The position numbers were made by a program, and so were the translations under genes. A DNA stretch of 64,000 bases from Flavobacteriales bacterium (GTDB lineage Bacteria; Bacteroidota; Bacteroidia; Flavobacteriales_C; GCA-002722245). The stretch covers positions 24,753 through 88,752 of the forward strand of contig JAHEZM010000005.1 in the NCBI GenBank assembly GCA_023251075.1. Direction: 5' to 3'. Below the pieces are notes generated by a model, which had not been told where the DNA came from, did no database searches, and saw only the letters and a list, made by a program, of their open reading frames with translations. Positions 37,805-45,486 of the stretch are shown here, piece after piece (the first letter of the stretch is position 1; the number at the start of each line of letters is the position of its first letter).

Positions 37805-38668
37805 TTAGTACACCATTAGCATTTTGGGTTGCGTATTTTCTCCATTGATGTTGTAGTGAATAAGATAAGCTCCGGGCGCTAATTCAGCGGTATTGATATC
37901 TTGTTTCAATTCGCTGTAATTGCCATTTGCGATCAGCGAAATATCTTTTCCATTTAAATCTTTAAGCATCACTTTTATCGATGAAGTTGAATTTAATTTC
38001 AAATAAATAGTACTACTGTTGTTAGATGGATTAGGATAAATTTGTGATTCGTTCACTATCGTATTTATATCTTGAATATTGGTTCCCGAACAGTTGGCAT
38101 TTCCAACACTCAGATTTTTTATTTTGATAGTTGCGGTGATGGATGATGAGCCTGAAACACTGCAATTAGGGTCACCGAAAGAAGCTGGTTTAATAGATAA
38201 TCCGGCAATTTTATTGGTGAGAATACCTTGTGCTGAAATGGAATTACTGCCCGAAGCAAAAGAATTCAAATAGTATCCGTTAGAAGCTGTTCCGGTTGAA
38301 TAAGCGTTAGCAGTATCGTAAAGAGTTATGCCCAATAAAATGTAGTTGATGCTTCCGCAACCCGATCCGCTTCCACCATTAATGGTTACATTGCTTACCG
38401 ATATTTCGTAATTTACCATAGGTGAATTGATTCCTGAAATATCAATAGGTGTGGGGAAATCCCATTTCATTTCATTTTGTCCCCAAAATCCTGCAGTGGT
38501 GTAATTGATAGTGAGTTCATTATTGGCAACATTGTAAGTGACTTTGTTGTTAGGATCCCATTCACCCAATCCTGCTTCATTGTTAAAGGTGTTGCAAGTT
38601 CCATTGTTTTGTGCTGTAGCACTCAAGCAGGTTAAAATGGTAGTGATAGAAAGTAAAATTTTTTTCAT
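37805..38668 (-). CDS. Secreted protein of unknown function, T9SS type-A cargo; first gene of the minus-strand operon
   Basis: Signal peptide and the CTD IYPNPSNNSSTIYLK...PKMLMVY. Confidence 0.55.
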   Translation of the reverse strand: MKKILLSITTILTCLSATAQNNGTCNTFNNEAGLGEWDPNNKVTYNVANNELTINYTTAGFWGQNEMKWDFPTPIDISGINSPMVNYEISVSNVTINGGSGSGCGSINYILLGITLYDTANAYSTGTASNGYYLNSFASGSNSISAQGILTNKIAGLSIKPASFGDPNCSVSGSSSITATIKIKNLSVGNANCSGTNIQDINTIVNESQIYPNPSNNSSTIYLKLNSTSSIKVMLKDLNGKDISLIANGNYSELKQDINTAELAPGAYLIHYNINGENTQPKMLMVY

Positions 38669-38745
38669 ACTCTTTGTTTTTTTAAGGTGTGTAGAAAAGT
38701 AATAGCGCTTGATGAACAGACTTGTTTAACAAGCTTTCCAGAAGA

Positions 38746-38773
38746 TACGTTCGTGCTTCTTCAATGGTTGGGT
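38746..38773 (-). promoter_or_regulatory. ECF-type promoter for the minus-strand operon 38668 down to 30185
   Basis: The minus strand reads caACCCAACCattgaagaagcacgaaCGTATCTTCTGG, spacer 16 nt. Confidence 0.55.
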
Positions 38774-38898
38774 TGCTTGTTTTTTTTAATTATTTATAAA
38801 ATATTTTCTTGTCGTTTGTTCTGTTTTTTCTGCATTTCATAACATTGCTGGTGGGGTGCCTTCTAATTCCTCTATTTTTAGTTTTATATACTACGACT

Positions 38899-40227
38899 AT
38901 GAAAAAAATATTTTTCTTTATTTTTTTATTTTCTTTTTTTTCTCCACTAAATGCTCAAATAAGTATTCAGGGAAATAAATTTTACAATGATTGTCATCCG
39001 TTTTTTTTCAATGGCGTAAATACACCTTGGCACAATTGGGATGATATGGGGGGGAATTTCGATCGCAATTTTTGGGAAAATCATTTTCAACAATTGAAAA
39101 GCGATGGAATAAATTCCTCTCGCGTATGGATTAGTTGCGATGGGGAAGTAGCTCCCACCATAGATAATACAGGATTGATAACGGGAGTAAGTGCAGCATT
39201 TTGGAAAAATTGCGATACCTTATTTGCGATTGCAAAACGTTATGGTATTTATATTTTGGCAACGATGATGTCTTTTGATCACTGTAAAAATTATCATCCT
39301 AAATATGCTTTATGGCGATCGGTCATCACCAATGTTGTAAATTCTCAAAGTTATATTGATCAATATTTAGTTCCTTTTGCTCAACGTTACCAATCGAATA
39401 AGTATTTGTTTGCAATCGATCTGTGTAATGAACCGGAGTGGATTAATGAAACTACAGAATGTGGAAAATTACCTGTGAATAAATTACAGCATTTTTTTGC
39501 AATGAGCGCAGCAGCACTGCACCAAAACAGTACAGTGTTGGTTACTTTGGGATCGGCCTCAATAAAATGGAATAGTGATAAACCGGGTTGCGTAGGAAAT
39601 TATTGGAAAAATTCTGCTTTGCAATCAGCGTACAATAACTCGAATGCTTCTCTCGATTTTTATCAAATTCATTATTACGAATGGATGTATTCTTATTTCT
39701 CCTCTCCGTTTGAAAAAACGCCTTTGGATTATGGAATTAATGATAGACCAGTGTTGATTGGTGAGATGCCTGGAAAAGATTTATTGGAATTACCTTATTC
39801 ACTTACCAATGCCTATGATCTTTCTTATTCCAATGGATATGGAGGATGTATGGCTTGGACTTCCAATGAAGTAGATACTTATGGAGTGTACACAAAAATT
39901 GCACAGGCGACCAATGCTTTTAAATCCAATTATCCTTTACTTGTTTTTCCTCCTGATTGTATTGCCGATATCGTAAATGAAAAAAATGAAATTCAATTTT
40001 CAATTTATCCAAATCCTGTACAGAACAAATTTGTTCTTTATAGTGAATTGCCCTTTAATTCTTATGTGTTGTACAATAGTGCAGGTGTTTTAGTGAGGCA
40101 AGAAAGTATTTCGTTGGCTAAGCAATTAGAGGTAGATGTTTCTTCTTTAAGTAAAGGCATTTACTTTTTAAGTGTGGTGGGTGATGAGGGTAAGGTTAGT
40201 GCTCAAAGAAAATTGCTGTTGTATTAA
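38899..40227 (+). CDS. Glycoside hydrolase, GH5-like, T9SS type-A cargo. The ORF track start 38809 is probably too early; the signal peptide starts at 38899.
   Basis: MKKIFFFIFLFSFFSPLNAQ signal. GINSSRVWISCDG and LFAIDLCNEPEW. C-terminal CTD IYPNPVQNKFVLY...RKLLLY. Confidence 0.6.
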   Translation: MKKIFFFIFLFSFFSPLNAQISIQGNKFYNDCHPFFFNGVNTPWHNWDDMGGNFDRNFWENHFQQLKSDGINSSRVWISCDGEVAPTIDNTGLITGVSAAFWKNCDTLFAIAKRYGIYILATMMSFDHCKNYHPKYALWRSVITNVVNSQSYIDQYLVPFAQRYQSNKYLFAIDLCNEPEWINETTECGKLPVNKLQHFFAMSAAALHQNSTVLVTLGSASIKWNSDKPGCVGNYWKNSALQSAYNNSNASLDFYQIHYYEWMYSYFSSPFEKTPLDYGINDRPVLIGEMPGKDLLELPYSLTNAYDLSYSNGYGGCMAWTSNEVDTYGVYTKIAQATNAFKSNYPLLVFPPDCIADIVNEKNEIQFSIYPNPVQNKFVLYSELPFNSYVLYNSAGVLVRQESISLAKQLEVDVSSLSKGIYFLSVVGDEGKVSAQRKLLLY

Positions 40228-40319
40228 TTCGTGTTTTTACAGAGTTGTAAACTTCACGATGTGCTTATTTATGTAACTATTTTAGATAAAAGTGATATAA
40301 AACACCACTTCAACAATTA

Positions 40320-43300
40320 ATGTTTTACAAGAGAATTTTATACAGTGTATTGCTTTTCATTTTTCTGTATCCTCCTTCTTATGCACAAGAGGGAAAGGAT
40401 GGCAGCAAGGTATTGTCTTCAACTGCCGTTGTAAATGAGTACACTTATCTTACCTCCTCTGCTGTTGCTGGCGGTACTTTGCTTCAGGTAAACAATAGTT
40501 CTTTAAATGCCAACAATCGTTTTTCATCTTCTTTAAATACCGGAGATTTAATTATGATTATTCAGGTACAAGGCGCCAGTGTAAGTACAACCAACAATGC
40601 TTCATTTGGTGCTGTTACAGCTTACAATTCTGCCGGGGCTTATGAATTACAGGAAGTAATATCGGTACTACCTTCTCAAATTTTTATTAAATGTGCTTTA
40701 AAAAACAGTTATTCTTCTTCGGGTAAAACAATGGTGGTAAGAATACCCAGGTATAGTTCTTTAACGATTGGTGTTGCAGGAAAAATATCTGCTGATGCAT
40801 GGAACGGAAAAACCGGTGGAGTAGTGGCTTTAGAAGTACAAGGCAATATGGTAGTGGATGGAAGTATAGATGTATCGGCATTAGGCTTTAGAGGTGGAAT
40901 ATTGGAGCAGTATACTTATAAAAACTGGTTTACAATCAATACAGATTATGTAAGCATCGATTCTAATTTAAGTGCTGCTAAAGGAGAAAGTATTGCAGGT
41001 TTTTACACTGAATATGATGCCTTGGGCGGCAGATATGGGAGAGGTGCAATTGCCAACGGTGGTGGTGGTGGAAACTCACACAATGCCGGTGGTGGTGGTG
41101 GTGCAAATGGTGGATGTGTAACCTTGTGGACTGGAATGGGAATGCCCGATACTTCTGCGGCAACTTACAAAACGGCTTGGAATTTAGAATCGCAAAGTTT
41201 TAGTAAATCTTTTTCAGCGGGTGGCGGAAGAGGAGGGTATAGTTATGGTAAACGACAAACGAATCCTTTGCTTCATGGTCCGGGATTTACTTTAGGTATA
41301 AGCGATACCGCATGGGGTGGTGATTTTAGAAAAAATTTAGGAGGGTTGGGAGGCCGACCTCTAGATAATCTTCAGGGAAAATTAATTTTTATGGGCGGTG
41401 GCGGCGGCGCTGGTGATGCCAACAATAATGCTACTTTATATGGTGGAGGAAATGGTGGAGGAATTGTTTTTTTGCGTGTGCGTGGTTCAATTAGCGGAAA
41501 TGGTAATATTAAGTCCAATGGTGGTGATGGCGCTTCTTCTAATTTAGGAAATTATAATGATGCTTCGGGCGGTGGCGGTGGTGGTGGTTCTGTTTTGTTG
41601 TTTTGTGATCAGCAAATTGGCAATATTACTGTTAGCGCTGTGGGTGGTAAAGGAGGAGATCAGTACATTGGAAATCTTACTACTGTAAAAAAATATGAAA
41701 ATGAAGGCACCGGCGGTGGTGGTGGTGGTGGTTATATTGCTTCAACGCAATTGCTTTTATCTGCTACTGTTAGTGGCGGAGATAATGGTATTACCAATTC
41801 CAAATCTCTTTTAAATTTTCCACACAATGGCGCAACCAAAGGGAGTGATGGAATTACAGAACAAATACAACCGCCTCTGCAATGGAATGCTTTAGTGGTA
41901 AAAAATGATACCGTTTGTCCGGGAGAAACCGCTTTTTTAAGTGCAACAGATATCAATGGTGTGGGCACTAATATTAATTGGTATACAGCACCCACAGGTG
42001 GAGTTTCTTTTTTCACAGGCGAAAATTATTCTTTAGTGGGCAATGCTGATCAGTGTTTTTATGTTCAGTTGTGTGATCAGCTTTATCGTGATACGGTTTG
42101 TGTATTTACCAACGGTAAACAGAATTTGAATTTAGGTCCCGATAAAAATATTTGTTCTGGTGATACTCTCCTTTTAGATGCAGGGGTTTATTCTTCTTAT
42201 TTATGGAATACCGGCGCCCAAACGCAAACCATTAAAGTTACTCAGCCCGGAACTTATATAGTTAATGTACCTAATAATTCTTGTGCCGGAAGTGATACCG
42301 TTGTAGTTAGTCCTGCGCTAACGATAGATTTAGGTCCCGATAAAACAATTTGTGAAGGAAATTATTTCGATAAAGATGCTGGTTCAGGATGGACACATTA
42401 CGAGTGGAGCACGGGTGATACTACACAAGTACTGCGTGTTTCTCAGCAGGGGGCATACATTATCAAAGTAAAAAGTGGTAATTGTGAAGCTACCGATACC
42501 TTTAATTTATTCTGGAATATGTTACCAGATTTTACAGTATCAAGCGATACTACCTGTAATGGGGGATCAACTACTTTATCGGTTTCAATTGCTCCGGGAA
42601 ATTGGATTATACAATGGTTGAGCGCTGATGGTGGTACGGGGCCAACGAAAACTGTTGGTTCGCACGGAAAATATTTAGTTAAGGTAACCAACAAAACTAC
42701 TCTTTGTGCCGACACTGCTTCTGGTTATTTTATTTATGGCACACCTCCAGAACCCTATTTAGGGAATGATACTATCATTTGTGAGTTAGGAGTTCTCAAA
42801 TTAAAAGTAGATGATCCTCAGTGGAAAAAGAAATGGTGGAATCAAAGTACTGCCGATTCTGTTTTTGTGAGTGATCCCGGAACTTATTTTGTAACGGTTA
42901 CCAACAATTATAACTGTAGTGGAAGTGATACCATTAACGTAATCTCTGTGAGCAAACCTAAATTTGATTTGGGTCATGATGTGAAAAAATGTGTTGGCTA
43001 TGAAATTACTTTGGCAACAGATGTTGTTGCAGATCATTATTTATGGTCTACAGGAGAACAAACTTCTTCAATTGATGTAAATAATTTTGGTAGATATTGG
43101 CTTACTTTAACCAACGATCCTGCGTGTTCTAAAACAGATACTGTTTTTGTAAATTATATTCCTTATCCTATTGTAAATCATTCCAACGATACTACATTGT
43201 GTTTTGCAGAATCTTCTAATTTATTTGAAATTTCTGCTGAATCAAATCCCAATTACAAATACTTGTGGAGTACAGGAGATACCACAGCAATTACCCATGT

Positions 43301-43676
43301 AACGAGTGAAGGCACATATACTGTAACGGTTTCGATACCTAACATGAATTGCGCAATAAGCGAATCTATTTCTTTAAATGATTATTGTGAACCACATATT
43401 TATTTCCCCAATGCATTTACTCCTAATGCCGATGGAAAAAATGATTTATTTATTACTCCTAATCTTTATTTAAAATCTTATCACCTAATGATTTTTGATC
43501 GTTGGGGTGAATTGCTTTTTGAAACCGACGATACAACAAAAGGTTGGAATGGTTATTATAAAAATAACCTGGTGCAACAAGATGTTTATGTATGGAAAGT
43601 AGATTATTCTTTTGAAAAACAGAATGGAGCAATAAAGGATAAAACCCAAATAGGAGCCGTAACTTTAATTCGCTGA
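40320..43676 (+). CDS. Gly-rich secreted adhesin-like protein with Cys-bracketed ~75-aa repeat modules, T9SS type-B cargo
   Basis: Signal peptide. Poly-Gly tracts (GGGGGNSHNAGGGGGANGG). Repeated LGPDKxIC.GD...LDAG...Y.WSTG..T..I.V...G.Y.V.V modules. The C-terminus is FPNAFTPNADGKNDLF...WNGYYKN...AVTLIR. Confidence 0.75.
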   Translation: MFYKRILYSVLLFIFLYPPSYAQEGKDGSKVLSSTAVVNEYTYLTSSAVAGGTLLQVNNSSLNANNRFSSSLNTGDLIMIIQVQGASVSTTNNASFGAVTAYNSAGAYELQEVISVLPSQIFIKCALKNSYSSSGKTMVVRIPRYSSLTIGVAGKISADAWNGKTGGVVALEVQGNMVVDGSIDVSALGFRGGILEQYTYKNWFTINTDYVSIDSNLSAAKGESIAGFYTEYDALGGRYGRGAIANGGGGGNSHNAGGGGGANGGCVTLWTGMGMPDTSAATYKTAWNLESQSFSKSFSAGGGRGGYSYGKRQTNPLLHGPGFTLGISDTAWGGDFRKNLGGLGGRPLDNLQGKLIFMGGGGGAGDANNNATLYGGGNGGGIVFLRVRGSISGNGNIKSNGGDGASSNLGNYNDASGGGGGGGSVLLFCDQQIGNITVSAVGGKGGDQYIGNLTTVKKYENEGTGGGGGGGYIASTQLLLSATVSGGDNGITNSKSLLNFPHNGATKGSDGITEQIQPPLQWNALVVKNDTVCPGETAFLSATDINGVGTNINWYTAPTGGVSFFTGENYSLVGNADQCFYVQLCDQLYRDTVCVFTNGKQNLNLGPDKNICSGDTLLLDAGVYSSYLWNTGAQTQTIKVTQPGTYIVNVPNNSCAGSDTVVVSPALTIDLGPDKTICEGNYFDKDAGSGWTHYEWSTGDTTQVLRVSQQGAYIIKVKSGNCEATDTFNLFWNMLPDFTVSSDTTCNGGSTTLSVSIAPGNWIIQWLSADGGTGPTKTVGSHGKYLVKVTNKTTLCADTASGYFIYGTPPEPYLGNDTIICELGVLKLKVDDPQWKKKWWNQSTADSVFVSDPGTYFVTVTNNYNCSGSDTINVISVSKPKFDLGHDVKKCVGYEITLATDVVADHYLWSTGEQTSSIDVNNFGRYWLTLTNDPACSKTDTVFVNYIPYPIVNHSNDTTLCFAESSNLFEISAESNPNYKYLWSTGDTTAITHVTSEGTYTVTVSIPNMNCAISESISLNDYCEPHIYFPNAFTPNADGKNDLFITPNLYLKSYHLMIFDRWGELLFETDDTTKGWNGYYKNNLVQQDVYVWKVDYSFEKQNGAIKDKTQIGAVTLIR

Positions 43677-43692
43677 TTTATTTTCAGAATTA

Positions 43693-44057
43693 TGGTTCTG
43701 TCGCATTAACTTTTTTCGAATATAAAAAATCCAATTTCAATTTTCTATGCAGCCAAAGAACAGAAAGTTTTGTAATTGGTGGACGCAGGATTTTGAACCT
43801 GTTGTTTCTTTATCATGTGAACTATTTCTATCCCTGCTATCGTCCTTTTTGCCGATTCAAATTCCTTAAATCCTAATCCCCACTGAATATTTCGTTTGAT
43901 AAATCTGTGGTCTTGTTCAACCACATTATTCAGGTATTTACATTGCCGTATTTTTATCTTTGTCTTCCTCAATGAACGCTTATTAAATACTTTTATCGCA
44001 CTTTTATTTGAGCCGCTCTTATCAATATTGATTAGCGTTGGAAAACCATTGTTTTCT
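43693..44057 (-). mobile_element. IS6-family insertion sequence remnant: terminal IR plus the C-terminal ~110 codons of the transposase (N-terminus missing)
   Basis: The IR-like end GGTTCTGTCGCATTAAC is at 43693. The minus-strand translation LENNGFPTLINIDKSGSNKSAIKVFNKR...QCKYLNNVVEQDHRFIKRNIQWGLGFKEFESAKRTIAGIEIVHMIKKQQV matches the IS26/IS257 transposase C-terminus. Confidence 0.65.
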
Positions 44058-44082
44058 AGAAAAGCAGAAGTTTATGTAGCCA

Positions 44083-44447
44083 TGACATTAAAATCAGAAA
44101 GAAGAAAATTAAAGTTGGAATCACAACAAGTGCTGGATATACACGAACATTTATTACTCACCAATCCTTGTGAAATAAAAGAAAGAGATAAGTTGATAGT
44201 TACAAATAATTATAATGCCCTCACTCAGCAAATAACAGAAAAATTAAAGAAGAATCTCAATAATATTAAATTCAAAAATCTTCAACAGGTTAGAAATAGT
44301 GTGATTACAAACTGGTTGAAACATTATGATTTAATGCAGGTGAAATATATGGCAGGACATAGATTTGTAAGCAGCACGGAGAGATATAATATGGCTAATG
44401 TTGAAGAATTAAAACAGAAAATATTGAGGGTGCATCCGATGGGGTGA
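44083..44447 (+). pseudogene. Tyrosine recombinase/integrase C-terminal fragment (N-terminus replaced by the IS remnant)
   Basis: LQQVRNSVITNWLKHYDLMQVKYMAGHRFVSSTERYNMA matches the H..R/GH..../TxxY catalytic C-terminal box of phage-type integrases. Only about 120 aa remain. Confidence 0.6.
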
Positions 44448-44450
44448 GGA

Positions 44451-45194
44451 TTATTTTTTAGGATACTTAATTTTAAGAGCTTCTATTATCCACGAAGGAA
44501 CATTTTTTTGTTTGAAATGAACTCTTGCTCCGTCGATTGTTTCAGCTATTAATACATATGCTTTTGAAGAGTTATCAAAAATAAATCCTCTGTTGGCAAG
44601 CTTAAGTGCGGGATATAGATTTCTCAAAGATCCATAATAGCGATTTTCAATTTGTTTGGGTGCAACAGAATGTCCACCTAATGCAACTCTTTGTTTAACT
44701 CTTTCCTGATTTATTTTAGGAGATTCAGTGCAGATATAATATAAGTATGTTTTGAATCCTTTTTCCTTGGCTTGTTTGATTATATCAACTTTTCCTTCGT
44801 GTGACATTACTGTTTCAAAAGAAAATGTTTGGGAGCTTTCAATAAAACAATCAATCAGGTATTGAACTATAATTAATGAAATATAAGAGTTCACAAGTTT
44901 AGTGGGATAGTATAAAATGTTGTTTTCAATTTTAAACTCATCAACATTGAAGTTGTTCTTATTCAGTTTCTTTGTTAATCCTGATTTTTTGATGAATTTT
45001 AAAATCTCAGCTTTTGAAGTTTGAATATTAACCAATGAGAAGTCATAACAACCATTTTTTTTAAGTGCTGCTTCAATCTCATCAGCATTGAGATAATACC
45101 CAAAGTTGAATTTGCTTAATAGTTCTTTTGTGAGATTAGATTTTCCTGATCCGTTGGGACCTCCAATGACTCTTAATTTGGGAACTTTGGCCAT
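44451..45194 (-). CDS. Zeta-toxin-superfamily P-loop kinase-like protein (COG4185-like), putative toxin
   Basis: Walker A GGPNGSGKSN. C-terminal RVKQRVALGGHSVAPKQIENRYYGS block. Size 247 aa. Sits 4 nt downstream of a small partner ORF. Confidence 0.45.
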   Translation of the reverse strand: MAKVPKLRVIGGPNGSGKSNLTKELLSKFNFGYYLNADEIEAALKKNGCYDFSLVNIQTSKAEILKFIKKSGLTKKLNKNNFNVDEFKIENNILYYPTKLVNSYISLIIVQYLIDCFIESSQTFSFETVMSHEGKVDIIKQAKEKGFKTYLYYICTESPKINQERVKQRVALGGHSVAPKQIENRYYGSLRNLYPALKLANRGFIFDNSSKAYVLIAETIDGARVHFKQKNVPSWIIEALKIKYPKK

Positions 45195-45197
45195 TAA

Positions 45198-45440
45198 TTA
45201 TAGAGCAAAAGAAAATCCTTGAATAATATTGTCAGAATCATCTACTTTCCCTATCTCAATTTCTTCACCATCAGGGAGCCTTTTGTATATAACACCATGT
45301 TTAAGAAAAGTGGTAGCCACATGATTATTTTTAGCTTCCTTTATTGCAGCTTTAGAAGCAGCTTTTAATGACTCTTCAAGTTCCTTAATAGATATATCTC
45401 TTTTTGTCATAAAAATGTCGTGTGTGTAACAAATATACAA
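45198..45440 (-). CDS. Small protein (about 70-80 aa), putative antitoxin partner of the P-loop kinase
   Basis: Tightly coupled upstream ORF. The likely real start is the internal M (MTKRDISIKELEE...). Confidence 0.35.
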   Translation of the reverse strand: MYICYTHDIFMTKRDISIKELEESLKAASKAAIKEAKNNHVATTFLKHGVIYKRLPDGEEIEIGKVDDSDNIIQGFSFAL

Positions 45441-45486
45441 TATATAGACTTGAAAAGAAAGAAAAGGTTTAAATTTAAAACGTTAA

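Noticed and set aside
38809-38898. ORF-track start at 38809 for the GH5-like gene (hydrophobic MSFVLFFLHFITLLVGCLLIPLFLVLYTTT prefix).
   Set aside because: A T-rich upstream region is being read through. A canonical signal peptide starts at the internal ATG 38899.
40978-41163. His-rich antisense ORF (HHLHHHHHRH...) opposite the Gly-rich adhesin.
   Set aside because: It is the reverse-complement reading of GGT/GGC glycine codon runs, which gives CAC/CAT histidines. A compositional artefact.
43896-44082. N-terminal part of ORF 43896..44447 (MINLWSCSTTLFRYLHCRIF...).
   Set aside because: This is an out-of-frame read-through across the antisense of the IS6 transposase remnant. Only the C-terminal part from about 44083 shows integrase homology, and it is annotated there as a pseudogene fragment.
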